Assembly (NCBI GenBank): GCA_951406725.2
Contig: OX597816.1
Span: 19,902,001-19,966,000 of the forward strand
DNA from: Octopus vulgaris
Taxonomy: Eukaryota
Reading direction: 5' to 3'
DNA: 64,000 bases
The notes beneath the pieces were generated by a model, which saw nothing but the letters and a program-made list of their open reading frames with translations, searched no databases and was not told the DNA's origin. Made by a program: the position numbers and the translations under genes. Below are positions 39,149-53,952 of this stretch, piece after piece; the first letter of the stretch is position 1; each line of letters opens with the position of its first letter.

Positions 39149-39504
39149 ATATATATATATATATTCACATGCGTACGCATACAGACACACAGACACATGC
39201 ACACACACACATACACGATGTTGTATAGCACATGTAATACATTAGCTTCTGTTAGTGATCTGAAAACACGCGACTGAGCATAAGGAAAAAGAATTACCTG
39301 ATTCTGCAGAGGATGTAATTCAGAAGAGATATTTGTACGGTACCTGTAGTAGTAGCAACAGAGCAGCTGATTGGTTGAGAAAGCATCATTGCTTTACAGC
39401 CTCATAAGAAACCCTATTCATTCTGAATATATCGAATCAACTTTCAACATATATATTATGTGCGCCTCTGTCTTCTACCACTTTCATGTTCACTTTGCAT
39501 ATAT

Positions 39505-39715
39505 ATTCTTTTATTCTTTTACTCTTTTACTTGTTTCGGTCATTTGACTGCGGCCATGCTGGAGCACCGCTTTTAGTCGAGCAAATCGACCCCCGGGACT
39601 TACTCTTTGTAAGCCCAGTACTTATTCTATCGGTCTCTTTTGCCGAACCGCTAACTGACGGGGACGTAAACGCACCAGCATCGGTTATCAAGCAATGCTA
39701 GAGGGACAAACACAA

Positions 39716-39746
<31 letters not shown>

Positions 39747-39917
39747 CATATATACGACAGGATTCTTTCAGTTTCCGTCTACCAAATCCACTCACAAGGC
39801 TTTGGTCGGCCCGAGGCTATAGCAGAAGACACTTTCCCAAGATGCCACGCAGTGGGACTGAACCCGCAACCATGTGGTTGGTTAGCAAGCTACTTACCAC
39901 ACAGCCACTCCTGCGCC
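39505..39917 (-). mobile_element. SINE family A
   Basis: Full length; followed by (TA)n at 39929-40020. Confidence 0.92.
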
Positions 39918-39927
39918 ACATTCTGCG

Positions 39928-40029
<102 letters not shown>

Positions 40030-41206
40030 ATCAGTATGTTCTCATAGAAATTAGATCTCTTCTGTTAGATTTCTGTTTCTCTTGCTTTTATCCTTCGTTT
40101 AAATCATTCAACTATATTGCTTCAAAGTTCTCTCAGTCTCTCTCAATTTCTCAGTTCTCTCTCTATATATATAAGCTACCTCACTTTCTACTCGCTGTTC
40201 TCTCCATAATTATATCTCTATATTACTTGTGTAGTGTTCATCTCTATCTCTCTCACTCTCTCTCACACACACCCTCTCTCTTTCTCTCTGTCCACTTTCT
40301 CGTTCTTTCCCTCTCCCACTCTCTGAATCTTATTGACTCTTCCTCTTCTCTTCTCTTTCTCAACATATCCTACTTTGTCAATACGTTCAAGAGAAAATAT
40401 TTGCTTAAGCTATATTTGAATTGTTTTAAGTAGTCAATATATTAATTTTTTTTTTTAATTTCCTATTTCAATGTCAAGGGTTAGAATTCTTATAGAGTCG
40501 TAAGATTTCAATCAAAATTGTTAGCGTTTGTTTGTATTGCATAATTGATTTTTGTTTGTGAAATATATTTTCGAAAAGTCGCATCCAGAATTGAAGAAGA
40601 CTGCTAAAATCTGAGACGCTGTTATTTTTTGTTTTTCAATTAAGTTGAAGGAAATGTTCATATATGAATTAATATCATATTTCCTTCGTTTAATGATTTT
40701 ATGAAAACTTGGACGTTTGTGGTTCTTCTAATACATACAGAATATGATGTGAACACCTTTGTAATTATCAATGCATTTATAAAAGTATTGAAGGATTTCT
40801 TTCTAATGAAAGCAATTTAAGAAACCATTCCAAAACAATGTTCGAACTTTGATACTGATCATTTCAAATGTTGAAGGAAATAAAGAAGAATGTATCGTTT
40901 TCGAATATGTGCTACTAAGTGACAAATATTGGATCCCCGTAATCTTCATCGTCTGTATAGTAGGCCCTTTATTAATTATAATAAAAATCGCCACGTATAC
41001 AGGCGGTTTCTAATTCATACATAACTCCAGAATGCACAAGATATTCCGACACTACACCATCCTCTCCTGATTAGAATAATAAAAATATCTTTCTTATCGT
41101 TCGTAAGAGAAACGGAGAAAGCAACGAATTTGGCTGTCGAGCGGAAGATGTTAATGAAGAATATAATTACTACAGCGCTGGTAGTGATAAATGACAAGTA
41201 TTAATC

Positions 41207-41606
41207 GTGGATGTGTGGTAAGTAGCTTGCTTACCAGCCACATGGTTCCTGGTTCAGTCCCACTGCGTGGCACCTTGGGCAAGTGCCTTCTACTATAGCC
41301 CCGGCCGACTAAAGCCTTGTGAGTGGATAAGGTAGACGGAAACTGAAAGAAACCCGTCGTATATATAAGTAAATGTATATATACGAGTATGTGTGCATGT
41401 GTGTGTCTGTGTTTGTCCTCCCAACATCGTTTGAAAATCGATGCTGATGTTTTTACGTACCCGTAACGTAGCGCTACGGCAAAAAGAGACCGATAGAATA
41501 AGTACTAGGCTTCCAAAGAATAAGTCCTGGGTTCGATTTGCTCGACTAAAGGCGGTGCTCCAGCATGGCCGCAGTCAAATAACTGAAACAAGTAAAAGAG
41601 TAAAGA
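41207..41606 (+). mobile_element. SINE family A
   Basis: gtggatgtgtggtaagtagcttgc..ctgaaacaagtaaaagagtaaagag. Confidence 0.9.
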
Positions 41607-42319
41607 GCAGTTTTAAAGTAGTTAAGTTGGACGCTATGTAAATTTTAACTTACATATATAGTAGATATCGCCGCTGATATTTCTCCTATCCTATTATGAT
41701 ATTCATCTGTTGGTGTAGGTATATGAAAGCAAACTTCAGGTATAAAAGAACAGCCAAATTATACTATTCCCAAAGACTCCACTAGCTACCGGTGACAAGC
41801 TATTATAGTGGTCAAAACCTTTCCAAATAAATGCATTAATAACTAGATTACATTATAAAATGTGGTCTGAGATGCATTATTTGAAAGTAAGATTTTAGCA
41901 TTCGTCGTTTTATAGAATGGTACAATAGATTCAGCTTTAGGTCATCGTTGACCTTTGGCTAAAGAGGTCAGCGATAAGCATATTTTTCTTAGCCACTTAC
42001 TGATTCATTCATTACTGTCTCTACGAAGTCCTCTATTGTTGCTTTCCGCGACCTTGTTCTTGAAAATGTACTGTAATGAAATTCAACAGCAAGTCATCTC
42101 TGAAATTTGTTGTGGAAGTTTCATTGTATCTTAGAAATTCCAAAGTTTGAAACTTTATCTAAAGGAAAAAATTGATTTTGAGGATTAAATCTAGAAGCTA
42201 GTCTTGTTTGATAGTATTTACTTATAGGTATTTTATTTGTGTGTAAATAATTAATCAAAAGATTACCATCCATTATCATTTTGTCTTATTTTCAGACAAT
42301 ATAGACAGGATAAATATTG

Positions 42320-42700
42320 GTTTCAAAAATTTCAAGTTTGGGGGAGGGAATAAGTTAATTACATTGACCTTAGTATTCAGCTAGTACTTATTTAATCGAC
42401 CCCACAAAGAATGAACATTTACCTCGGCAGAATTTGAACTCAGAGCGTGCCGGCTGGCGAGATACATATTTCTTTACTACCCACAAGGGGCTAAACAGAG
42501 AGAGGACAAACAAGGAGAGACAAACGGATTAAGTCGATTATATCGACCCCAGTGCGTAACTGGTATTTTATTTAATCGACCCGGAAAGGATGAAAGTCAA
42601 AGTCGACCTCGGCGGAATTTGAACTCAGAACGTAACGACAGACAAAATACCGCTAAGCATTTTACCTGCCATGCTAACGATGCTACCAGCTTGCTGCTTT
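42320..42700 (-). mobile_element. SINE family B dimer
   Basis: Two bodies. The 3'-most one is older and carries the alternative tail. Confidence 0.85.
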
Positions 42701-43223
42701 AAAAAGGGGTAAATATTAACATTGTTTGTTGCTCTTCTCTCTTAAATGGTAGAGTGTAACTTTTGAGCAATGTATCTGATTTGAGTAAATACGTGGAGGC
42801 TCTGTGCGGCCCTAAATCGATTGTGTCACGGTTGATTTAGAAAATATTGCTTCTTTAAAAATAAAACTATAATTTGAATATGTACATTGCTCTCATGGAC
42901 GTTAAATTAAAGTAGAACATCGCTGTCTCCTAGCATCCGCATTAAAGGTATTGAATAGTTTGATGAAAAAATTATGTTTCTATAAGTGAAGATTTCTTTC
43001 TTTTCATAAATTCAATGAAAATCTTATAAGAAAGAAACTGCTCTTACATTTTTAATAAACAAAAATATGAAACATCGTTTGTGTAATAAAGTAAGATTTT
43101 AACATTGCTTATGCCTGATAATACTGATCAAAATTAAATGTAAGAGGAAGACACTCGCTCATATTTACATAACCAAAATATATGACTTATGGCATCTTTC
43201 ATTAGCTAATATAAAGAAAATAT

Positions 43224-43808
43224 AAGGTGGTGAGCTGGCAAAAACGTCAGCACGCCGGGCGAAGTGCTTAGTAGTATTTCGTCTGTCTACGCGTTCTGAG
43301 TTCAAATTCTGCTTAGGTCGACTTTGACTTTCATCCTTTCGGGGTCGATCAAATAAGTACCAGTTACGTACTGGTGTCGATGTAATCGACTTAATCCGTT
43401 TGTCTCTCCTTGTTTATCCCCTCTGTGTTTAGCCCCTTGTGGGTAGTAAAGAAATAGGTATTTCGTCTGCCGCTACGTTCTGAGTTCAATTTCCGCCAAG
43501 GTCGACTTTGCCTTTCAACATTTCGGGGTCGATTAAATAAGTACCAGTTACGTACTGGTGTCGATGTAATCGACTTAATCCGTTTGTTTCTCCTTGTTTG
43601 TCCTCTCTGTGTTTAGCCCCCTGTGGGTAGTAAAGAGATAGGTATTTCGTCCTTCTTTACATTCTGAGTTCAAACTCTACCGAAGTCGACTTTGTCTTTC
43701 ATTCTTTCGGGGTCGATAATTTAAGTACCAGTTCCGTACTGGTGTCGATCTAATCGACTGGCCCCCAAATTCCCAAAAGCTTTGGGCTTTGTGCCTAGAG
43801 TAGAAAAG
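43224..43808 (+). mobile_element. SINE family B trimer with a single 16-bp TSD
   Basis: One head and three bodies, each starting gtatttcgtc (about 43274, 43459, 43642). TSD aatataaagaaaatat at 43208-43223 and 43809-43824. Confidence 0.92.
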
Positions 43809-43928
43809 AATATAAAGAAAATATTCTCTGTGAATCTTCATTTGTGCCTACTCTGTATCCACAAGCCTGATTAACTCGAAGAATGATTCATACTGGCCTA
43901 AAGGAACTGAGAGTTCTTAAACCATATA

Positions 43929-44048
43929 TTCTTTTCTACTCTACGTACACGCCTAGGGGGAGTGGGGGCAGTCGATTAGATCGACCCCTGTGCGCAACTG
44001 ATACTTATTTTATCGACCCCGAAAGGATGAAATGCCAAGTCGACCTCC
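43929..44048 (-). mobile_element. 5'-truncated SINE family B (alternative tail)
   Basis: ttcttttctactcta..cagtcgattagatcgacccc..atcgaccccgaaaggatgaaa..gtcgacctc; inverted relative to 43680-43808. Confidence 0.8.
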
Positions 44049-44206
44049 CATATACCATATATCAATCAGAGAAAAAAAGACATTCATTGTGCTTTTTATA
44101 TGCTGTTTTCAATAACATCGTGATGTCAGCAAAGCTAGGGACGTTGTTTTCGGTGACGGTTAGTGTCAAACGATCTTTTAATCGGTATTTCTGCCAGATT
44201 TCACCA

Positions 44207-44407
44207 AAGGCGGTGAGCTGGCATAAACGTTAGCATGCCGGGCGAAATTCTTAGCGGTATTTCGTCTGCCACTACGTTCTGAGTTCAAATTCCGCCGAGG
44301 TCGACTTTGCCTTTCATCCTCTCGGGGTCGATTAAATAAGTACCAGTTACACACTAGGGTCGATATGATCGACTTAATCCGTTTGTCTGGCGGGTAGTAA
44401 AGAAATA
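44207..44407 (+). mobile_element. SINE family B with 20-bp TSD
   Basis: TSD ggtatttctgccagatttca at 44184-44203 and 44408-44427. Confidence 0.92.
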
Positions 44408-44741
44408 GGTATTTCTGCCAGATTTCATGCGTGTGTGTGTGTGTGTGTATGTGTATGTGTGTGTGTGCGCACGTAGAATATGAGAGGTTTAGTTCACTGG
44501 TGATCTAAACGAATAGGTACGCTGTGTAAGTGCTATAATTAGTCATCCATTAGATTCCAAGTTCACAGCTGATGCTGGAGCTACAGATTCGTTGTAGGCT
44601 TCCGGGTAAGCAGGTAAATATTAGAAGACAAAGGAAAGCGAACCAAGGCAGGACGATTATCTCATGTAATTTATAATATTTAATCAGAGTAAGGTGAATT
44701 TGAAGTAATTAATTAATTGATTTATGGCTAACTTTCAATTG

Positions 44742-44927
44742 TTTTTGGAATATCCCAAGTGATAGCTCAGCATCACATACAAGGTGAGTAGGGATGAAAA
44801 TTCTATCGAAAACTTTCATATGACTGAAAGTTCTAGACAGATCTTTGATACAAAATCGCCTTTTCTTTCATGACGGAATACCCAGTGAATGGAGATGCTA
44901 ACATATCACTTGGGATATTCCAGAAAA
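44742..44927. repeat. MITE-like inverted repeat (arms about 33 bp, 119-bp spacer)
   Basis: tggaatatcccaagtgata (19 bp perfect) plus agcatc, versus gatgct..tatcacttgggatattcca. Confidence 0.7.
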
Positions 44928-45204
44928 AGCTGTAAGACCTCTATATAAATGTTCTGAAATCTTTCACAGCCACGGATTTTTATCTCATTCTGAAACAAAA
45001 AATTTTGTCGATAACTATTAAATTTATGCGTCCCGAAACAAACCGATAGAAATCTCTAAAATATTCGTTATTACCGTATTGGTACAATTTCGGGGTTAAT
45101 TCACAAGAAATTTTCCCCTCTTCAGCGTAGCTGGCATTAGAATTTTTCTTCTGCCCTTATCTTGTATGTATATACATACACACAAACACACAGACACATA
45201 CACA

Positions 45205-45242
<38 letters not shown>

Positions 45243-45274
45243 TATATATATATGTATATATAGGAGAGACAGAT

Positions 45275-45420
45275 TTATTTCTATTTTTTACTTCTTTCGA
45301 TCATTAACTATGGCCACGCTGGGGCACAGCCTTCAAGAATTTTTAGCAGAATGAATCTACACCAGTACTTAATTTTAATGTCTGGTACTCATTCTTTCGA
45401 TGTGTTTTGTCGGAACCCTA
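45275..45420 (-). mobile_element. Decayed SINE family A 3' fragment
   Basis: ttttacttctttcgatcattaactatggccacgctggggcacagcctt. Confidence 0.6.
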
Positions 45421-47588
45421 AAATATGCGTGTGTGCATGTGTGTGTGTGTGTGTACATTTACGTGTACGTGTTTGTCTGTGTCTGTATGTGTGTGGGCTT
45501 GTGTAGTGTGTTTGTGAATTTGTGCAGAATATGTACACAAACAATTCTACTATATTGTAAACTGCGTTTGCTAATTTGTACTTGAATTCGAGGAGTAACA
45601 TTCTTCATGTACTTTACAATTTAACATCCAAGTGAATTGTATCTGGAGAAATTAAATATGAATTTCAGTGAAATATATTAATTTGAATAGATAAGGAAAA
45701 TGCAATAACCTTTAAGATATAGATTTAAAATTACCTCAATGTTTCGTCATTTTAAGAAATTGTGAGAATGAAATAATAATATCAAGTTTATTTCAAGACG
45801 ATGTTACGAACGCATATACTTGAATTAATTCTTTTTATTTAGCAGCGGAAATAGCCGAGGTAAACATCTGGTATGTTACCATGGGTTACATTCCTTCCTA
45901 AATATTACTTTTAAACTACATCTATGAAAATTCAATTTCAAATTCTCCACGTAAACTAATAATTACTTAGAATTATTTTTTATGTAGTTTAGGCTTACAA
46001 ATTCCATATGAAGTAATATTAAACATAGAATTAATGTACATTTGACGTCATGATGTTTTCGTATAATGTTTTCAATTTATAAAAATGTAAACAGATTTGA
46101 TCTACATTTATATATATTTCCCTTCAATATTTTCACATTTTCATCGCATTCTTTCTTGTAAAACCTTTATTTACCTTCTAGAAAACAAATCTTACTGACA
46201 AAAACGGAGGGATAATCTCTGTAGTTGAATATGAACACATTGGGCTCTAATTATTTTCATGTATATGATGCATACGCTACGCTCTTCGTATATTCGAATA
46301 TGCATAGATAAATACATATGTATGTGTATGGGTGTGTATGAGCGTGTATACGTATGTCTGTGTGTTTATTTGTTGTTTGTTTGTGAGTGTATTCGTATGT
46401 GTGTGTGTCTGTGCGTTTGTGTGTGTACGTGAATACAGAAACAGAGAGCCAAATGGGCAGAAAGAGACTAGCCGGCTGCAGTATCAATGTATGGATATAT
46501 ACGCAAACATAAACATACACACATGCATATATTGGTACATATATACACGTATGTAAAATATCATAAGTTTTATATCATCGGCCATACGAGTCGCAAACCC
46601 AACATTGGTTGCATCATGTATATGTTTACGGGAAAACACAATACAACATTGTAACATGTCTTCATAGTTAAACGCGCAAATAAGGAATTTAGTAATAGCA
46701 AAATAGAATATAAGAGTAACGGTAAAAGGTGCCTGATTCCGCGATATTTAGGTATATATACGGCGAATTATCTTTCGACGCATCCCTTTGATATTCCCAT
46801 TTCCACTTCGCCTATTAGCTGTATGACATGATTCCGTAAGACTTCCCTCATGATATACTGTATAACACTTGTCAGAAATTAACATTATTGATTGGATCAA
46901 AGGTTGGTATTTCTTGATACAAGGCCAATTTAACATGCTCTGCTAAGTTCCATTCAGTCTTTCAAAGGGTGTAGCTATGGTGTGTTTCTTAACAAAGCAT
47001 AACTACCAAATGTGCGTGCATTATTTGCATTGGAAATAGCAATCTAAGCCACGATGAATCATATTTGTAGTAGGGAAGAATGGTAATATAAAACATAAGA
47101 AATTTCACAAAATATATAGTTTGTCACCATTCCGATTTTCAGTAACTTCTAATCGCGTTCTTCGTATTATAATTTGTAACATTTATTAATAAAATCAGTA
47201 GAATTCCACAGTGAATGACTAAGTGATCACCTACGTTCTTTGAATTTCAGTATATTTCGTCTCAAACGTGTTACTGCTTTTTGTTTTATGTTTGTTTATG
47301 TTGTCGATGTGAGGCTCCTTCCATCCAGTTCTATAACATAAAATATTCAGCATCACCACCACCACCAACATCATCATCATCATAATCCTCATCATCATAC
47401 ACTCTAGTCCCAGAACGAATGCACAATACGATCCTTTTAATTGTCATAGTGCATATATCGCCCTTATACATTGCACCTACTACCAAATAAGCCCTATGCA
47501 TGTTCGAGCGCAACGATAGTGATGATGCATCTCGTTATTTAGAAATGTAGAAGATTGAATTGAAAGAAACAGAGACAAGTAACACATA

Positions 47589-47753
47589 GGCGCAGGAGTG
47601 GCTGTGTGGTAAGTAGCTTGCTAACCAACCACATGGTTCCGGGTTCAGTCCCACTGCGTGACATCTTGGGCAAGTGTCTTCTGCTATAGCCCCGGGCCGA
47701 CCAATGCCTTGTGAGTGGATTTGGTAGACGGAAACTGAAAGAAGCCTGTCGTA

Positions 47754-47828
<75 letters not shown>

Positions 47829-48032
47829 TTGTGTGTCTGTGTTTGTCCCCCTAGCATTGCTTGACAACCGATGCTGGTGTGTTTACGTCCCCGTCAGTTA
47901 GTGGTTCGGCAAAAAGACATCCGATAGAATAAGTACTGGGCTTACAAAGAATAAGTCCCGGGGTCGATTTGCTCGACTAATGGCGGTGCTCCAGCATGGC
48001 CACAGTCAAATGACTGAAACAAGTAAAAGAGT
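47589..48032 (+). mobile_element. SINE family A, full length
   Basis: ggcgcaggagtggctgtgtggtaag..(TA)n(TG)n..gactgaaacaagtaaaagag. Confidence 0.93.
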
Positions 48033-48795
48033 ATGCACTTTGCCTGTTCCTACTCATAATTATGTTTTCATCTAATGTTGTAATGGGTGTCTACTGGACC
48101 GTATCCCTATCAAGCTGGTTATACCAATATCTATTCTCTGTATATGTATAGTCAACAAGAATACCAACATTTGTTTCTGGAAATATCCCCTTCTCTTCAC
48201 CTTTGGCGAGTTATAACTTTATATTTTAAAATACGAAAGAAATGAAACACGTATTAAATTATATCTAAAATATATCGGTCTCGATGTGATATTTATATGA
48301 AATATTCAAAATATACTTAAACCACAATCTATGAAGTTGAATGTCAACAATTTATTATACAATAATATTTTATCATAAAACATGGGAAAAGAAAGCAAAA
48401 CAACACATTAGAATGTAACAAGCACTTTGTAAATCAATTTTCTCAAATTATGCACTGATTTTCAATGCAAAATTACCTTACAAAGAGATGCAATATTCGA
48501 AAAAACTACAGCAACATATATTATTGTATATTATCGTCATTGATTGTTTCTCATTGCTTACGTTTTTTTTTAAACAATAAAATATTTAAATACGGCTTTC
48601 ATTTTTGAAACTTTATAATGGCGTCGTTAATTAGCTGGTTCAACTAAGACTACTTGACACTTTTGATTCAATGCGCAAGTTAATTGCTCAATTGTAATCG
48701 TATGATGCTTCTATGTATTGTTTTTGGTGTCATTACTGCTATTCTTAGTATTATTCTTGTCGTGAATAATGACGTTTCTTTCATTATTAACCACA

Positions 48796-48831
<36 letters not shown>

Positions 48832-48910
48832 TATCACTGGAATATAAAATATTTTAATTATATAAGTGTTAACAACAAATATGACAACATCTCCAGAATT
48901 GAGTCACCCC

Positions 48911-49465
48911 AGAATTGAAGGCATGGCTACTCTCGATTATTGGGATCGCCTTAAAGCCTTGAAACTTTACTCCCTCCAGCGTCGCCGTGAGCGGTACATC
49001 ATTTGTACGATGTGGAAAATATACCGCCAACTTTCCCCAAACGACCTAAACATTAGCTTCAAGGTTCATCCAAGACTTGGACCACGGGCTATACGTCCCC
49101 TGCCAAATTCAAGATCACAACATACATGTACACTGCAACATAATTTCTTTTCCTCAACAGGCTCTGCCCTATTTAACATTGTCCCGAGGGAGATCAAAGA
49201 GGAAAATGATCCCATCAACTTTAAACAGAGTCTGGATAGATTCCTTCAAAGAATACCAGATAAGCCACCCATAATTGGATACAACTCACCCAACAAGAAC
49301 TCACTACTTGAACAAAACTGGATACAACTCACCCAACAAGAACTCACTACTTGAACAAAACTTGACTTAAACAGGATTCGAATAATCCTATCAGGTGGTG
49401 CTATTAAGTTAGACATGGCCTGGACCAATCTCTGGTCGAAACATATCTAAGTTTATCTAAGTTTA
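48911..49465 (+). pseudogene. 5'-truncated CR1/L2-group LINE (ORF2 C-terminus, 3' UTR, atctaagttt tail)
   Basis: ORF 48866-49354 reads IEGMATLDYWDRLKALKLYSLQRRRERYIICTMWKI..LFNIVP..FKQSLDRFL, the typical post-RT C-terminal region. Tail (tatctaagtt)x2. Confidence 0.9.
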
Positions 49466-52400
49466 TGATACGGTTTAACTTTTATTACCAACGTATAAGA
49501 TGGATGCACTTCTTGTATTCCCGCTAATTTTTCTAACTTACTATGAAAATAGTTCCAGCAATAACAGTGCCGTAATTTTTTTTATATAGGTTGTTTTTCT
49601 ATCATTATTTTTTACAATTGTTGAGGACAAAAAAAAATTAAATGTAGATTTGGTTGCTATTTCTAATTCAATAGATAGACACCATCAAACACAGATTCTA
49701 AATCTTATGACTTCGGACCGCATGGATGGAAAACCAAAAAGCAGCGATCGTACACATCACAAGCATAGCATTAAATTACCGGCAAAATGTGCTTGGTAAA
49801 GTAAAATATTTTAAATTTTAAAATAAGTGTAAGAAGTTATTCCTGGGCTTGTTTTATTAATAATGTTTGTAAATTACAAAGTTATTGATAGCATCTTCCA
49901 CATACTCGATACTTAAATTAGATTTTCTAAAACCATATATTACATTTCTGAATGTTTAGCACACAGTGGTAGGCCTTACTAAGCACTATTTAAATCAATT
50001 GACATAGAGAATTCCTTCTGAAACAGTATGCATTCTTATTTAAAGTTTCAGAATAATTGAACACGTTTGTTTTCAATTCTGAGTTCGATGGAATTTATAA
50101 TGTACAGCCAAAAATATAGTGGTTTATATGTTGGTGTATGATATTGGGAATGTACTGGTGTTCGGTTGGAAAACAATTGATGTTCATTTGCAGATATTGC
50201 CATGTATGCGGTGAAATAGCGTAAGTTATTTTTGTACCTTAATAACTACCAATTTTATCATATTTAATATGTTGCTTCTTTTTCTTAGTACTGCCATGAG
50301 CGACCTTTCTTGCCATTCACATGATTTCGATACATACCGAACCAAACCAAATCAAACCGAAAATATCTTGAGCAAAGTCGATTTATTATTCACCAAATGT
50401 TTTGCTGGGGTTTTTTTTATGTATGAATCAAAGTTTACAGCAACGGTCCTAGTTGCTTTGCGATGAGAAGTAAACTTTAACAAAAGACATGTTAAACGCA
50501 TGCTGTGACTGAAAGATAATAAGTGATAAATAAATAGTATATAATACAAGAAAAATGCTATGTGTGTTGGAAGTTTGTTAAGTAGTTCTCCATCAGCGAC
50601 ATATTGTGCGAGCACGTATATTAGCGATACTAGGAAGAAATGTAACTGTGTGCGTGCACGTATGTGTGTGTGTGTATGTGTGTGAATATTGACCATTCCG
50701 TAAAGGAGTACAAAATCATGTATATGTGACAATACTATTTTAAGACCTGCTGCTATTTATTACTTCACCATCGAATACAAAATGAGTTTTCCATCAATAT
50801 TTCTCTGGGTTTTAAAGCGGTACCATAAATGGCTTCGTGGTCGATTGGCAGTTATAGTTTTGTAACGCAATAGATGAATGATAGTGCTATATCACTATTT
50901 TCCTCATTTTCTCTGTGTGTCTTCATCTTGTTTTATACGTGTTACAACATTCTTACATGTTTTTTTTTGCGCGCGTTTCACTCTGCCTGTATACTATATT
51001 TTATGTATTTGTGAGTTTGCTTCTGGTCTCATTATTGTATCTTTCAGATAACATGACAGTATCGTTCTCTATTTAGTTTTGGTGTCTTCAATATTGCTTT
51101 CCTGCAATTTACCTGCTCGAATTTCAGGCGAATCCCTCTAGTGAATATATATATAAACCCAGCAGTAATGTTTCCATTCGATTATCAGCTTCAGCGAAAA
51201 TTTCCAGCCATATATATGCAAAAGATGTCTGATGGTCTAGACATAGAAATTGTATTAATTTTCAGTCTGGTTTATCATTTTTACCTAAGATTGCAATGTC
51301 GTGATGAAAAGGAGAGAGAGGGCAGAATTTTTGCAGCATTTCATTCAAATGATCGTTACTTTTATAATTTTATTTATTTGGTCATATTTGTTAAATTTAA
51401 TCTATCGTTTGTCTCTATACAATGTATTGTTTTGATAATCCGATTGGACATCCATATAAATTATGTATTCTCTCTTAAAATACTACCATTTTATCAACAC
51501 TACTTGATATGTTAAAGTGTTTCGGACACAAAGCCATTGTCATACCCCTCACTCTTCCTCGCAATATTTATTTTCCATTTAGTATTTATTTCCCAGTGAA
51601 TTTATTGCAGTTAATGCTTTGTCGACCATCAGGTTTATGGTTCTCTAGATCTATTGTATAATTTCCTATACCTCCGGAGAATAAATGGGGTAATTTTCTC
51701 AAAGTGCTGATCAGGATCTGCTCATCATACCATTCGCATATATGTTACCAACGATACATATCTGGCTGTTACATTTTTCGATAAGTCATCTGTAACTTTA
51801 TCCCTTTCAATAACTGACCCTCGTTCATTTTTCTACATCCTTGGCCCGTACATTCTCGGCATATTCTCTCATTTTAATTTGACTGATCACTTATTACTTT
51901 GAGAATTTTCGTCGAATTGATCACCTCCGACATAAACATTACGAAGTGCAATCCTGATGTCTATTTTGTTTGCTCTGTATTTAGTCCTAAGATGTTTTAA
52001 TGAAATTGTTATTAACTTAGCCGTGAATATAGACGAATTTTTTCATTGTATTCAAATATGTAAGTGAAGCCCAGTTATTTAAGGCACTTTTCGATATTAG
52101 TCACTATTTAAAAGCCACTATGTAAAGGGCTGGAAGAATCGTTTCAACGCCGTGCCCAATGCTTAGACGCCTTTCGCTCGTCTTTGCGCTCTGCCTGATA
52201 TAATTGACTTGAAATTTGGGTGGATATAATCGGCTTACAAACTGCTTGCGTTGTTCCAAAATTTGAAACAAATATGGGTCAATATTTCTGTTATATTTTC
52301 ATACTATTTATGAAATCTTGTTCTCACGCATGTTAATTTCGTTAATGGTTCCATTATTGAATTGCGATATGTTGTCTTTCATGTATAACGAAATATTTTA

Positions 52401-53744
52401 CCTAAATAGGCATCTGTCTGTATATTCGCCACCTTACTTGGCATTTGGCTCTTATTTATTATCTTGTTAAATATATTAGGGAATTATCTTCCTAATATCC
52501 TCAGTGCAGTGAAGTGGAGGTCTCTCTATTTATTTGTTCTGAGTATGAATTCTCTTCTGTGCTACATGTCGTATCTCCTAAGTGCAATATTGATTTATTA
52601 GAATGTTTGTATAATCATCCTTCTCATTATGTTACTAATAATGTTTTTCTGCTTGAAATAGTTGTAAGAAGTAGATGGAAATAAAGGTTATCATTTATTA
52701 ATCAAGGTAACTGGCTAACACTCTACATTCTATTATTTAATATGGTTTCTCGCTATTTTAAAACGTATGCATTTTGTATAATAGTTATACCTTCATTACT
52801 ATATTTATGAATATGGTAAGAATTGAAAATTAATAATTCTTTGGAATTTATCTTTTGTTAATGCTAATTTTGGAGAATAAATTGAAAAGAGAACAGAAAC
52901 GATGAGAAAAGGAATTATAAAGAAAATATTTGTGGACGGATGAAGTATAACAAGATTTTATTAATCCTTTGTAATTGTGCGAAATATAAGAACTAAAGGT
53001 TCGGAAACGAAAAATAAGCCTTTAACTAAGAGAGGAATACTGATGATTGACGTAGAAAAATCATAAATATAAAGAAAGGCGATTAAAATATAAAGGAGAT
53101 AGGTATGAATGAAAACAAAAGGAAATCTAAGAAACAATGAATAATATAATAGATGACAAGCAGAACCAAAAACATGAAAGGAAAGAGAAATTATATACAA
53201 TTACAAATAATATATAACTTAAATTCAGAAAAAAAGTTATGAAGTGAGAGAGAAAACTAGATAAAATAACTAACAAAAAGTGTAGGACAAGTTCGAAAAA
53301 CCACGCAATGGAAAATGAGAAAAAGAGATAAGAAAATCAGGGAACGCTAAAAGTAATGATAAGGAGAATCAAAAACAAACAGGAAAAATATAAAGTAAAT
53401 AGGAAACAACAAAAACGTGGGTGGGGAGAAGGTGATAATGGAGGAAAATCTATAAGAGCGAAGACTTTAATTATATTTGTGGAAATATGAATTAAGAGGT
53501 TTCCTTATTTTCTTTTTATATATTATTATCGCTTTATATATATTTCATGTTCCAGAAGAAATGATAAATACATTAACCATTTTTTTCATTATGTTATCCT
53601 TTGGAGATATTAAGACTTGTAAAGAAAAAATATATTACATATACTAAAAATGAAACACCCTTATTCAAAAACAAAAAATAAAAGAAGACGAAACGTTATC
53701 ACAACTGAACAATAACGAAGAAAAAAATCGACGGCAGACCATAA

Positions 53745-53781
53745 TATACGATATAGTATAATATAATATGATATATATATG

Positions 53782-53829
<48 letters not shown>

Positions 53830-53847
53830 TATATGTATATATATGTG

Positions 53848-53880
<33 letters not shown>

Positions 53881-53919
53881 GCATATATATGTATGTATAT
53901 ATATATATATGTATGTATG

Positions 53920-53952
<33 letters not shown>

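Noticed and set aside
39298-39422. Minus-strand exon candidate (ttcag acceptor, CAG|gtaatt donor)
   Set aside because: Weak polypyrimidine tract and stops in all frames read from the acceptor; insufficient support.
43274-43808. CRISPR-like or satellite interpretation of regularly spaced repeats
   Set aside because: The units are whole SINE bodies without unique spacers; eukaryotic context with no cas genes.
48866-49354. 162-aa ORF as a host gene
   Set aside because: It is the C-terminus of a 5'-truncated LINE ORF2; the start codon lies in flanking sequence.
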